Made by a program: the position numbers and the translations under genes
Assembly: GCA_000092065.1 (NCBI GenBank)
Contig: CP000594.1
Reading direction: 5' to 3' (one strand)
DNA length: 64,000 bases
From: Ostreococcus lucimarinus
Taxonomy: Eukaryota
Part shown: piece after piece, positions 29,874 to 41,300 of the stretch
Numbering within the stretch: the stretch's first letter is position 1
Layout: each line of letters begins with the position of its first letter
The notes under the pieces: generated by a model
Told to the model about the DNA's origin: nothing
Database searches by the model: none
What the model saw: only the letters and a program-made list of their open reading frames with translations

Positions 29874-31805
29874 ATGCCTCTCTCGACGCGCGCCATGCGC
29901 GAGGCCGAACTCGACGTCGATTCCTTCCGGACGGACCTCTTCGCGAATCGCGACCGCGCGCGTCAACGGCGGGAGCGCCGTTCGAGGCTCGGACTCATGT
30001 TCACGTGTGCGTTAGCGATCGTGGCGCTGATGATATTCGTTGACAATGCGTGCGCAGAGGCCATAATGAATGACGTCGGTGAAGCGGTAATGCCGAAGAT
30101 GCGTTTCCAGCGCCAACCCCATAACACCATCGCTAATCTCGGCGGATGGAAGAAGTGGACGAAAAAAGCTTCAAAAGCCGCGAAGAAAGCAGCCGATCAG
30201 GCAGCCGCGGCGCGGGCAGCCGCGGAGGCAGCCGCACGGGCAGCCGCAGAAAGGGCAGCCGCGGAGGCAGCCGCACGGGCAGCCGCGGCAAAGAAAGCCG
30301 CGGAGGAAGCCGCGAGGAGAGCCGCGGAGGAAGCCGCGGCGAGGGCAGCCGCGGCAGAAGCGGCCGCGAAGGCAGCCGCGGAGGAAGCCGCGGCGAAGGC
30401 AGCCGCAGAGGCAGCCGCAGCAAAGAAAGCCGCGGAGGAAGCCGCGGCGAAAGCAGCCGCAGAGGCAGCCGCGGCTAAGGCAGCCGTGGCGCAAGCCGCA
30501 ACCGACGCGTACGACGCGGGTAAGACACTCGCTGGAAACACGTATTCCCAGACACTCTCCAATGTGAGAAACAAGTTTGGCGATGCCAAAGTGAACGCGT
30601 ACTTCGGTAACCAGAGAGATATGCTGCAAAATAAGTACGACTCGGCTAAGGGCTTCACCGATGCCGCTGTGAATGACATGAAGTCCGAAGTGAAAGAGCT
30701 CAGGAAGGATCTCGTCGGCGTCGCAGAAATGGTCGTCGCTTTCTTTAACGGCTTGAATTGCAACATCGGCCCATCAACGATGACCAGTTTTACCACGTCT
30801 TTGAAAAATGCTTTCAAGTCCAGCGGTACTGCTGATTTGGTAAACAAAATTAAAAACGAGCCGTCGCGATTCTACAGAGACATGGATGCGGCGACATGCG
30901 ATTTGATCTGGAATACGGTGTTCACTTCATCTTCTGCTGCCATCACGACCTTCGGGACTGCCATTAAGACGCTTAAGAGCGATTGCCCCGCGCTCGGTGG
31001 TGCCAACCCTGCGTTTACGCTCGGTTTCACACTCGACGTCGACGTAACCTTTGCGTCAAGGACGGGCGGCATTGGCACAGAGATTGGCGTCGGATTTGAT
31101 ATGACGGGCCAAAAGTTCTGCTACGTCGGCGGGTGTGTCACTGCTGGCCGGACTTTTGGTTCCAACTCAGCTGCCAACGCGGATCTCACTCCAGGCCTCG
31201 CTTTGTCCGGCTACAAAGAACTCACTTCTGTCCCGGGTGAATGTTCTTTGCTCGACGTCGGCATTGATATCAATCTTCCGACTCCCATTAAAGTCGAGGG
31301 CGGCGGCGGCCTCACATATCTGTATGGCGGAGGTATGGGAGATTTTGTTGGCCTTTCATACCCAATGGAGCTCGGCGCTGGTGATCCGGTGCCTGGTGCT
31401 GATGTTTCCATCAAACGTGGCATGTGCTGCACGCCCATCTGTTTGAAGACGGACGGTACCTCGTGCGCGCCGACGAACTGGAAAAACCCGTGCCCGACGA
31501 TGGCAGATCCGAATGCGTACCTAAATCTCATCACGACGTCGTCGAGCGCTGCTCTTGGTGGAGAGCGAACGCTCGATATGAGCCACGAGGACCATACTAA
31601 GTACTACCGACGCATCGGTGATCCGAAATCGCACACATACGATGCAATCTCTGAGCGTCTGTCGCAGTCGACCATCGTTGCTTCAGTGTTGACGATCTCC
31701 GTGCTGGCGCTCGCCATCGTCGCACATCGTCGCCGCGTCGCTCGCAAGATTACCGCGGACGAATCCACGCCTCTTCTCGAAGAAGCGTGCTTAAAACATG
31801 AGTGA
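29874..31805 (+). CDS. Hypothetical bitopic membrane protein: N-terminal TM, ~130-aa poly-Ala/Glu/Lys helical repeat (AAEAAARAAAEK…), a Gly/Thr/Cys-rich globular region, C-terminal TM
   Basis: ATG confirmed. TM1 LGLMFTCALAIVALMIFV. TM2 IVASVLTISVLALAIVAHRRR. Coding tandem repeats at 30170-30480 account for antisense ORFs 30133..30847. Confidence 0.45.
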   Translation: MPLSTRAMREAELDVDSFRTDLFANRDRARQRRERRSRLGLMFTCALAIVALMIFVDNACAEAIMNDVGEAVMPKMRFQRQPHNTIANLGGWKKWTKKASKAAKKAADQAAAARAAAEAAARAAAERAAAEAAARAAAAKKAAEEAARRAAEEAAARAAAAEAAAKAAAEEAAAKAAAEAAAAKKAAEEAAAKAAAEAAAAKAAVAQAATDAYDAGKTLAGNTYSQTLSNVRNKFGDAKVNAYFGNQRDMLQNKYDSAKGFTDAAVNDMKSEVKELRKDLVGVAEMVVAFFNGLNCNIGPSTMTSFTTSLKNAFKSSGTADLVNKIKNEPSRFYRDMDAATCDLIWNTVFTSSSAAITTFGTAIKTLKSDCPALGGANPAFTLGFTLDVDVTFASRTGGIGTEIGVGFDMTGQKFCYVGGCVTAGRTFGSNSAANADLTPGLALSGYKELTSVPGECSLLDVGIDINLPTPIKVEGGGGLTYLYGGGMGDFVGLSYPMELGAGDPVPGADVSIKRGMCCTPICLKTDGTSCAPTNWKNPCPTMADPNAYLNLITTSSSAALGGERTLDMSHEDHTKYYRRIGDPKSHTYDAISERLSQSTIVASVLTISVLALAIVAHRRRVARKITADESTPLLEEACLKHE

Positions 31806-32026
31806 AGACGATTGAAGCTTCTTCACTTATTCGCGGGCTTCGTCCCGGCGCCGCAATTTTCGCCCTTTATTTCACTTCAACTCAACTAAAACTAAAAGCC
31901 TTTAAATACTCCTTAACTACTCAAGTACTTTTTGTAAATCTTGCAATCAAAACTTTCGTCATAAGCTGTCGCGCGTAGCTTTATCGGGAGCGACCTGCGA
32001 TTCCCTCCGCCACGAGCGCCGCGACG

Positions 32027-33499
32027 ATGGTAGCCGACGATCGACAGCGAAATCGCGCGCTCGGACGGCGTCGTGCGACGGCAATACGCTTAGCCTTTAG
32101 TGCGCTCATGTTCACGTGCGCGGCGAACTCGCTGGTGTGGCTTCAGGGATTGACGTCGAGCGCGGGTGCTACCGAACGCGAAGTGTCATCACGCGCGCGA
32201 CGTCGAGATGCGGAGACGTGTAAAGTCGATGCGCCGACGAGGCTGGCTGAACGTACGGCGCGTGATAGACTTTTCGGGTACAGACGACGAGACGTAGGCG
32301 CGCTCGCGGCGTTGCGAGGCGATGGTGTGACGCTCTCAACGTCGACGACGCGCTGGCGCGATCTCCAATATGGAGACGCACTGGATCGGTACGGGTTCTT
32401 TGTTACGTCTGAACCGGTTTTAAGCGAGAAAGAGGCGGACAAGACGCGGGCGCACCTGCTCAGTCTGTTGCGAAGTACGGATGTGTACGAGCAAAACGAT
32501 GGGTGTCTCGGCGAACTTGCGGACTGTCAGGAGAGATTTGATTTGTCTCTTCGACTCACAACGACTGTGACACGCGCGGTGAATAAGATTGTGTCCACAC
32601 TTAAGCCCGCACTGGTGGATATATTCGGCGATGAAGACTGTGAACTCGTAGAACTGAGTGCGTTGATCACATGTAAAGGCTCACCCACGCAAGGCATCCA
32701 CAGTGATGCGGAAGGGGTGAAAGGAGACGATCGACTTGTCAGCGTGTTCGTATCATTACAAGACACCCCCACGAATCTTGGTCCAACGCACGTTTTCTTT
32801 AACTCACCGAATGCTGTAACAGAGTTTGACTACTATTCCGCACTCATGCTGATGAGGATTGTGGCGGCCGAGCTCAAGAACTCGACGGTTGCGTTAAGAG
32901 ATCATGGTCTTGGTGATATTTATATCAAGCAAGGCGTCGCAGCCATCCCAGAAAACGAGGTTGCGACAGAAGAAGAACTAAAATTCTTCAATGCGCACTG
33001 TAGAGTCGATGAGAGGGATAATACACTGGCATTCTATCCCCCTTGGGAGTCCTCCCCAAACGCCCGTCTCGTGTTTGGCGTCGTCGCTGCTACGCGACAG
33101 GGAGCCGCTCTCGTGTATGACTCGCGGACTCAACACAGAGGTGGAGCTAACACAGTAGGAGCGCGAGTACAACTTATGTTTAGTTTTCAGACGAAGCGTG
33201 CTTTTGTGGCTGGGTCGACATTCACAATGCGACGTAGGTATCATCGCATTGAACGCATGCCACTGACCCTCATGGAGAGAGCGACTCTGACATCATTTGG
33301 GCATGAATACGAGAAAAGCAAGTCGAACCTTGCGTGGTACCTGCGAGTATTCGGAAAGATACGCCTTCGAGACTTCCCATTACGAGCTGACACCACTGAT
33401 CAGGAACGTGAATGGGTGAATGCTGACTTAGTGCAAAACTCTGAAAACAAGTCGGACTTTGATGTCGATAGGATGGGGTTACAAGGTGGAGTGTTGTGA
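32027..33499 (+). CDS. Membrane-anchored phytanoyl-CoA-dioxygenase (PhyH)-like 2OG-Fe(II) oxygenase
   Basis: ATG confirmed. TM AIRLAFSALMFTCAANSLVWL. HxD: GIHSDAEG. Distal H/R: LVYDSRTQHRGGANTVGARVQLMFSF. Confidence 0.45.
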   Translation: MVADDRQRNRALGRRRATAIRLAFSALMFTCAANSLVWLQGLTSSAGATEREVSSRARRRDAETCKVDAPTRLAERTARDRLFGYRRRDVGALAALRGDGVTLSTSTTRWRDLQYGDALDRYGFFVTSEPVLSEKEADKTRAHLLSLLRSTDVYEQNDGCLGELADCQERFDLSLRLTTTVTRAVNKIVSTLKPALVDIFGDEDCELVELSALITCKGSPTQGIHSDAEGVKGDDRLVSVFVSLQDTPTNLGPTHVFFNSPNAVTEFDYYSALMLMRIVAAELKNSTVALRDHGLGDIYIKQGVAAIPENEVATEEELKFFNAHCRVDERDNTLAFYPPWESSPNARLVFGVVAATRQGAALVYDSRTQHRGGANTVGARVQLMFSFQTKRAFVAGSTFTMRRRYHRIERMPLTLMERATLTSFGHEYEKSKSNLAWYLRVFGKIRLRDFPLRADTTDQEREWVNADLVQNSENKSDFDVDRMGLQGGVL

Positions 33500-34073
33500 T
33501 GTAGATGTTGGTATAATTGCAGTTACCTCGACTACCGCTACATCATGCTCATGTTTGTTTTAAGTTCCTCTTCGAATCGAACGGTGCTCGGGTAATGCTC
33601 GGCGACCGGCGGCTCCTCAGAAATTTCTCCAGGTTCGTCAGAAGGCTCTTCAGATTGAACTGGATTCTTAACTATGATATTGTATGGTGTACCATCGGAC
33701 ATCGCGCGCAATATATTGGACATAACTTTTCATACTTAAAGGGGAGCCGCGTGATACACGAGGGACCATCTCACCACGAAGAAATGGGCACCTCTGGTAC
33801 CGAAAAACGTGGCACCCTCGTTCACGCGCGACCACTCTTGAGCCATGAACGGGAGCGACCCATCAAAGGAGACACGCGCACACCGATTCTCGACCACCCG
33901 TCTTCGCCGTGTGCTTTGCAGTACCCCGATCTCGTCGAAAAAGTAGCAAAATGTTGACCAGTGGGGCGTGCTGGCGTGCTTTTCCAGGCTGTTGAAAAAC
34001 TTGAAAATCAGTCATCGCGCCGATGTGACCAGGAAAAACACGGCTTAAAGAATTCTTTTCTTATGTGATATAT

Positions 34074-35345
34074 ATGGACGCCAGAGAATTTACGAACGGC
34101 ATGCATCTGATCCCACTCGACCAGGACAAGGAACCAACATGCGGCAGGGGGTTCCTCGATGAAGCAAACTATGAACAGAACACGCAGAAAGTCATCCCAG
34201 GAGAAATGTACGGCGTGCTGACAGGGCGACCGAACCGTGTCCTCGTCGTCGACTGGGATTGTTACGGTGGCAAGTGCGAGTTTGAACTCACGGAAGAAAT
34301 GTTGACGCGCAAGGTTGGCGGGGAAGGCGCGTACATCGTCAAAACGCGATCAGGCGGGTACCACACGTACTTCGCATGGGACGAAGAACGAGTCGGCGAT
34401 TGGAAAGGCACAGTAGGCATCGAAGGGTTCGTCGATATCCGTACGACGGGTAACTACGTGGTCGGTGCCCATGCCCCGGGCTACGAGCTACTCCGAGGAG
34501 ACATCAACAATTTACCACCAATGCCCAACGATTTGTACAGTTTCTTTGATGGCAAAGTCGGTCACAAGGTCGAACGCGCCGACACGGAGTGCAGCTTTAC
34601 GCAAGCATCTGTGACACCTTTGCTCGAGGACATGGGGTTCACCGGCATACATTGGCTCAGTGGAGCGACATCGTATGATTTTGAATGCGACCAATGTCGC
34701 CCACAGCGAGGCACCTCTGTGGGCCAATGTCCTTGCTGTGGGGGCTTCCACGAAGGCAATGGAAAGGGCGGCGGGAACCACTTTTACGTCGCCGAGGTCG
34801 GCCTCGGCGTGCTCACCGTGAAAAACCATGGCAACTGCAAGCCCAGGCAGTTTCGCTTTGAGGTTGGGTGTCTGGTGACCGGTATCACCGAAAAGGAGCA
34901 GAACGAAATCAAAGAGGGCACGTCTGCGGGCTACATCGAGGTCCGCCGTGAGTTCGAGAAGCACGTCGCAAAGATCTTGACCAAGGACCTCTTCTGCGAC
35001 GATAGCTGTTATGGAACCACCGGGGAGATCGCCAAATTCAGCGAGGCCGCTTTGGTGAGGCGCTATCGAGAACTCTCCTTTGTCGATGAGAACGGCGCGT
35101 CCGATGAGCGTCTTGCTCACGGTGCAACCGTCCTGTTGGACCTTGAACTGAATTTTGGCGAAAGAGAGAAAGTCCTCGGGATCATTTGTCTTTTCAAAGA
35201 GCGCATTCAGACGGTCGCAGAGGTCGTCGTTCTCCGCCCATTCGGCGATGCTCTTCCTCACTGCATCGGGCGCGACGGGCTTCGTCGCCTCGTACGCCTT
35301 GAGGAGCAGCGAACGCGAAACGAACCGGTGATATATATATATTAA
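34074..35345 (+). pseudogene. Truncated primase-helicase. The Prim-Pol domain is intact for ~330 aa, then it diverges into unrelated sequence and terminates, with no helicase domain.
   Basis: The first ~330 aa are ~98% identical to the 48183..50384 protein (DWD, SGGYH, VDIRTTG motifs). The track start 34065 is a GTG and the ATG is at 34074. The divergence point at ~35105 coincides with a 36-nt segment also found at 47118-47153. Confidence 0.6.
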
Positions 35346-35415
35346 GTAAAATTTGGCTATTGAGTCTTCATATGGGAAGCGTACCGATTACAAATTTCTA
35401 CTTCTGGCCCATCAC

Positions 35416-36132
35416 TTACTCAGCTGACTGGCACGAGGTGTACAGGTTCGCTGGGTCGTCCACCTTGACGAACTCGTACTTCGCGTGAGGGCTTATGGTA
35501 CCGGGGAAAGAGCACTCTTGCTTGCCACCCTTATCTTGACAGTACTTGTTCCGCTGCTGACTATAGATGGAGGTCTTGCCGTCTGCCAGCGTGGCGAGAG
35601 TAAACTTGGCGCCGACGAAAATTTCTTCGCCCTCAGCCTCCTTCGGCACGTCACACATAATTAGAGTCTTCCTCCATCCCGGGGGACCACGACTGAGGGT
35701 GTCATCAGCGTCCGTCGCGCAACGGAACTCGGCACCCGTCTCGTCCAAGCGAGTGAGGGTGTAAAAATTGCCCTCGTTCTTCAGGTACACGAGCTTTGGA
35801 GCGTTGTTCGCCGCCGAGGGATCCTCAGACGCAACGCATCGCTGCGAACAGGCGAAGCCCCACTGTCCATTTCCAGCGGTTCCGATGTTATAGTTGCAGA
35901 AGTTTTGATTCATCATGTTAGTCCCATACTTCGATGGGACCCAACCCCCTCGCATCAAGTACGCTCCGTCCTCGAGCGTCGCGCCTTGGCCGAGCGTCGG
36001 AAAGTGTGTTGAACCGACTCCCACGAGCGCGACGACACCGAGACAAGCGATCACGAGCGTTTTACCTCGGCGCACGTCGCTCGCCGCCTTGGCCGCGCGC
36101 ACTTCATCGCGCAGAGGCGTCGATTCGTCCAT
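35416..36132 (-). CDS. Hypothetical type-II membrane protein (cytoplasmic N-terminus, TM LVIACLGVVALVGV, Cys-containing lumenal domain)
   Basis: The track ORF starts at TTG 36270 and the first ATG is at 36132 (MDESTPLRDEVRAAKAASDVRRGKTLVIACLGVV…). It sits inside the rearranged element copy A. Confidence 0.35.
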   Translation of the reverse strand: MDESTPLRDEVRAAKAASDVRRGKTLVIACLGVVALVGVGSTHFPTLGQGATLEDGAYLMRGGWVPSKYGTNMMNQNFCNYNIGTAGNGQWGFACSQRCVASEDPSAANNAPKLVYLKNEGNFYTLTRLDETGAEFRCATDADDTLSRGPPGWRKTLIMCDVPKEAEGEEIFVGAKFTLATLADGKTSIYSQQRNKYCQDKGGKQECSFPGTISPHAKYEFVKVDDPANLYTSCQSAE

Positions 36133-36583
36133 CGAATTAGTGTTGAGCGAACCCCTTCCGGCTGCTGTTTCGATCCCGTCGACCACGATTAACGACGCGC
36201 GTGTTTCACTCGTGCGTCCGACGCGCTTTTTCCCGACGCGGTTCCCGACTGCACTGACGTGCGTCGTCAAGTGCCTCGTCGTCGAGGGTGCTCGAGTTTT
36301 ACTTTTACTGTTGACGCGCCACGTCGGATTCCGACAGGCCCAGGCGCGGCCGCAATGCTACTTTAAACTTAGTATATTTTTTTTGAAAAAAGAGTAGTAA
36401 GAGTAATAAAAACAAACTTTTTGCTACTTTAAACTTAGTATATTTTTTTTGAAAAAAGAGTAGTAAGAGTAATAAAAACAAACTTTTTTTTGAGTTGCGG
36501 CACCCCAACATGATAAAACCGCACATCGACGTCGATGTACCACATGTAAGATTTCTCCAGAACCAATCGTGTGAGTGAAGTGG

Positions 36584-37081
36584 TCAAACCAAGCCACGCA
36601 ACTCGTCTACCGTAAATTGATACTTGTCGAGACTGCGCTTCGAAGGCAGCGTGCCGCGCGCTCGAGCATTCTTGAGGCACGTCTTACGCAGTATTCTTTT
36701 CGCGTGCTGCTTGTAATAATTGAGTTGTCTGTAGTTACCATCGCCGCCGTCCCGCTTCGGCGTATATTTAGCTCTGCCAAGGGTTCGACTCTCGTCCACG
36801 TTCTCGTGGCACGTGTGTTTCTGGCTGAGTCCAGCAGCTCGGGAGTTGAATAAGCCGTCACGCTTCTCTCTCATGTAGGCACTTTTACGTTGATGGAGCT
36901 CTCCAGCTGGAATGTCCTTTTCGAGAACTCTCACGTTCGCGTCGCCAAACTTGAAGATTGGATGCCGTGCGTATTTATGCGAGGCAAGGCGCGCTCTGAG
37001 CGAACCTGTCGTCGATCCGATGTACGTTTTGTTACATTTTGCATTATCGCTAAACATTTCGTACACGCATCCCGACGGCAT
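36584..37081 (-). CDS. GIY-YIG nuclease (165 aa), element copy A
   Basis: ATG confirmed. CVYEMFSDNAKCNKTYIGSTTGSLRARLASHKY is a GIY-(10)-YIG-type motif with a downstream R…H…E. It is 95% identical to 47262..47759. Confidence 0.55.
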   Translation of the reverse strand: MPSGCVYEMFSDNAKCNKTYIGSTTGSLRARLASHKYARHPIFKFGDANVRVLEKDIPAGELHQRKSAYMREKRDGLFNSRAAGLSQKHTCHENVDESRTLGRAKYTPKRDGGDGNYRQLNYYKQHAKRILRKTCLKNARARGTLPSKRSLDKYQFTVDELRGLV

Positions 37082-37689
37082 TTGTCCTGGTCACCTATCT
37101 ATCCCTAAGAAAATATAGTTGCCAAAAGTGCTCCTCTTGCGGTTTGCAGTCACATTCGAGAGATCATAGGTGCTCGTGTTGCTGCGTGGGGTGCAAGGTC
37201 TGGGATGTAGATATCGAACCGCCTGATTTCACACCTGGACGTTCGTGATCCGACGAGACCTGACGAAATGACGAACTTGTTTTGTCGTCCCCAAATTCGT
37301 CAGCCCGTCGTTCGGTCACACTTTGTGTGTACCAATGATGAAAATGACGAAATGTTAAAATATTTCAATGTTTATTTTTATTTTAGATCTATGAAAAGCA
37401 ACAGTGTAGACCTTTATGAAAACAGTTCGTCATTCGTCATTTCGTCAGGATCCAAACCATGGTCTTTTTGGTGTCTTGTTGAGTCTTCATATTGCAAATG
37501 TACGAATCACAAAATTAGTATGAACACCAGACGACCGCCGGCGCGAGCTCCGTCTCCCCCGTTTACCCATTGTCCTTCAGCCACTCGAAGCACCCGTCGC
37601 GGTCAATTTCCCAATAGACGCCATTCTCGTCCCTAGCTTGCCTCAGGTGGTCCTCTTAATACACCAAAAAGTAAATGCAATTATGGTGT

Positions 37690-37870
37690 TTCATTATTCC
37701 ATACGAGTACCCCAGAACGACGAGTCGTGACCCATACGGTAAAAATATCACGTCCCGCCGGTCCGGTCCCCATAGTATATAGAATTTATACAATTCAGCC
37801 CGCGTCATTACGGGGGTACAGTAATCTATGTGTCCGACATTAAACTCGATTTTTGCTAGGGTTTAGCGTC
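37690..37870. repeat. Repeat upstream of DUF285 gene 1, partner at 51885-52000. Sequence: cgagtaccccagaacgacgagtcgtgacccatacggtaaaaatatcacgtcccgccggtccggtccccata…attcagcccgcg … gtacagtaatct … ctagggtttag.
   Basis: Direct comparison. It contains the interstitial plant-type telomere motif TTTAGGG. Confidence 0.7.
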
Positions 37871-38366
37871 CCCGGTGTCCCGCGCGCGCATGCGTTGGCG
37901 CCGTCGACACTCGTCGACGCCCCGGCCCGCGGTCGTTCGCGTCCACACGGTTCAAGTAGTGCCCTTGGACGACGAACGTGCGCTTGTGCACCCTTGCGCG
38001 GATGAAGTGCGTTTCCATCGTGCGTCGCCGCCGTTCGGTCCTTTAAGGGCGACCGTAGCGCAACCGGGCGATCTCCGTGCGGACGGCGCGATGCCGGCGT
38101 ACGCATCGCAAGGAGTGCACACCGGGGGCACTGCGCCATTCGCGACGTACCGTGCAGCACAACACGCGTTTGCAACGCCAGACGGCATGCATTGGCGCGG
38201 TGGACGCAGCGTTTCATTGAAAATTGCGCGCAGCACTAGTGGGCAAAGCGGCTCGTTGGCACCCCAACGGGTCTTAAACACAATACTTGTTTTGTTCGGA
38301 TACTCGCCCAGGGATCTAGACACACGTGAGGGTAGTCGAAGGGCTAGCGTCCGGTGCCAAAAGAAC

Positions 38367-41300
38367 ATGCTCTTTGCTACGGCCACGTGGATGCTGCTAT
38401 TGCTCACGTCGTTTGTCGATGGGGCAATAGTAGACCGCGACGCTTTGAAAGTTGCAGTGGACAACTGTTTGGCGGCAAATGCCACTGGTAACTGCGATTG
38501 TAGCAGTGACTCTGTGGACTGCGGTACCGCTGGAAGTCTTCCCATCTCGCAGTGGGATACGAGCCGCGTGAACGATATGAATAGACTATTCAGCAACCAG
38601 GGTTCATTTAACGCGAATATCTCCGCGTGGGACGTGAGCGGCGTGACGGACATGACTCGAATGTTCGAGGGCGCTAATAGTTTCGCTCAGGACATCAGCT
38701 CGTGGAACGTGGTGAACGTCACGAGCATGGACACTATGTTCTATCGCGCGGATGCGTTCAACGCGCCCATCGGCAGTTGGAACACAGACGGCGTGACAAA
38801 CATGTTTCAGATGTTCCACTCAGCACATTTGTTCGATCAACCGATCGGAAGCTGGAACACGGAACGGGTGACGACCATGCAGTGTATGTTCATGTATGCG
38901 CGTGAATTCAATCAGGATATCAGCTCCTGGAACACGGCCAACGTGGTAAATATGTGGGATATGTTTTATAGTGCGGATGCGTTCAACCAGAACATTGGGT
39001 CATGGAACACAGAGGAGGTGACGGATATGAGGTACATGTTTTATAGTGCGGATGCGTTCAACCAGAACATTGGGTCATGGAACACAGAGAAGGTGACGGA
39101 TCTGAGCGGAATGTTTCAGGGCGCAGCGGCGTTCAACCAGGACATTGGCTCATGGAACACAGAGGAGGTGACAGACATGAGCGGAATGTTTCAGGGCGCA
39201 GCGGCGTTCAACCAGGACATTGGTTCATGGACGACGACGTCGGTGAAGAACATGGAGAGCATGTTCGAGGATGCGACGGCGTTCAACCAGAACATTAGCT
39301 CCTGGAACGTCAGTGCCGTCACAGACTTCGATCGGATGTTCTACACAGCGACCGCCTTCAACAAAGGCATAATCACCACGAAAACGACATGGACTGGCGC
39401 CACCGGCGCGTCCGCGACAGACATGTTCTCCGCCGCCACGGCGTGGCTGCAGAGGTATGAGTACACGACGAATCCCAGCGGAAGCGTCGTGAATGGTCCC
39501 GCGTCGGCTTGGAGTGTGAAGAAGTGTTCGTCCAATCAGTACGTTTTGAGCAACACATGCAAGGCGTGTGCCTCTGGCAAATTTCGCAGTGCTGGTGACG
39601 ACCCTGATGGCTCCAATACGGCGTGTACGTACGCGTCGCCGTTTGCTTCAAATACCCAGCTGAAAGACACGATCGAGTCTTCGTACTGCTTGGGAGGCAG
39701 CGACGCCACGGGCGCGAATTGCACGGACGGCAAGGGTATGTATATAGCGCAGTGGGATACGAGCTTGATCACGGATATGAATCACTTGTTCTACAACAAA
39801 ATTTCATTCGACGCCAATATCAGCACGTGGAACACGGCGAAAGTGACAAAAATGGATAGCATGTTTTCTCAAGCACGTGCATTTAACCAGAGGATTAATG
39901 AATGGAATACATCGAGCGTGGTGACAATGGAAGCTATGTTCCGCTACGCCGAGTCCTTTGACCAGCCCATTGGTGAGTGGAATACCGGAAGAGTCACCAA
40001 TATGAAAGACATGTTTTCGCAGGCGTCTGAATTCAATCAGAATATCGGTAATTGGGATACATCGAGTGTGACGACGATGGATACTATGTTTCGCTACACC
40101 GAGTCCTTTAACCAGCCCATTAGTGAGTGGAATACCGGAAGAGTCACCAATATGAAAGACATGTTTTCGCATGCGTACGCATTCAATCATTCAATCGGTG
40201 ACTGGAACACGGGTGCCGTGGAGAATATGGAGCTTATGTTCCAAAATACCGGCGTTTTCAACCAGGACATCAGCAGTTGGAACACGGCGGCGGTGACTCA
40301 GATGGACTCAATGTTTTACGGTGCTTCAGCCTTCAATTATGACATCACTGGTTGGAGTTCAGCAAGCCTTACGTCGTCGACGGACATGTTTCTCTCCGCG
40401 ACGGCTTGGCTGGCGAGGTACAAGAACACCGCCTCCCCAGGTAGCAAAAATGGGCCATCGTCGAACTGGCTCGGTCCCGGTCCGTTCACGACCAAGTCGG
40501 CGTTGGAGACCGCTACATGGAACTGCTTGGCGGGGAGCGCCGATGCCGATGGCAACTGCGACTGTACGACCGTCGATTGTGGCGCGGCGGTGTATGAATC
40601 GATTTCGAACTGGAACACGAGTTTGATCACGGACATGACCGGTTTGTTTGAAGGTAAGTCTTCATTCAACGCGAATATCGGCGGATGGAACACGGGGAGC
40701 GTCACAAACATGCACCAGATGTTTAACGGCGCGACTGCTTTCAACCAAGACATCGGTTCTTGGGATGTCTCGGATGTAGCGGACATGTATCAAATGTTCG
40801 GTAGCGCGTCCTCGTTCAATCAAAACATTGGGTCGTGGAACACAGGCAGTGTGACGGATATGAGCGGTATGTTCATGAATGCATCTGCGTTTAACCAGCC
40901 CGTTGGTGACTGGAACACAGGCAGCGTCGTGGATATGAGCGGCATGTTTGAGAGCGTGTCTGCGTTTAACCAGCCCATTGGTGAGTGGAATACCGGAAGA
41001 GTCACCAATATGAAAGAAATGTTTTCGCAGGCGTCTGAATTCAATCAGAATATCGGTAATTGGGATACATCGAGTGTGACGACGATGGATACTATGTTTC
41101 GCTACACCGAGTCCTTTAACCAGCCCATTAGTGAGTGGAATACCGGAAGAGTCACCAATATGAAAGACATGTTTTCGCATGCGTACGCATTCAATCATTC
41201 AATCGGTGACTGGAACACGGGTGCCGTGGAGAATATGGAGCTTATGTTCCAAAATACCGGCGTTTTCAACCAGGACATCAGCAGTTGGAACACGGCGGCG

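Larger units (their letters stand above)
33725..37655. mobile_element. Rearranged/degenerate copy A of the Prim-Pol/S3H + GIY-YIG element. It comprises the 5' region plus a truncated primase gene (33725-35105), a ~1.4-kb unrelated insert carrying a membrane-protein gene and module M, and then the 3' part with the GIY-YIG gene and the last ~150 bp of the primase-helicase ORF (36500-37655).
   Basis: 33900-35100 aligns to the reverse complement of 49350-50563. 36500-37655 aligns to 47175-48330, including the helicase C-terminal coding end (…VVWCSY*). The middle ~1.2 kb of the helicase is missing. Confidence 0.55.

Noticed and set aside
33538-33723. Small acidic ORF (61 aa, MSNILRAMSDGTPYNIIVK…) divergent from primase copy A, with an MSDGT…YNIIVK start shared by the fragment at 27483
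   Set aside because: Only the first ~12 codons are conserved between copies, and the ORF is short and low-complexity, so this is insufficient to call a gene. It remains a possible element-encoded micro-ORF.
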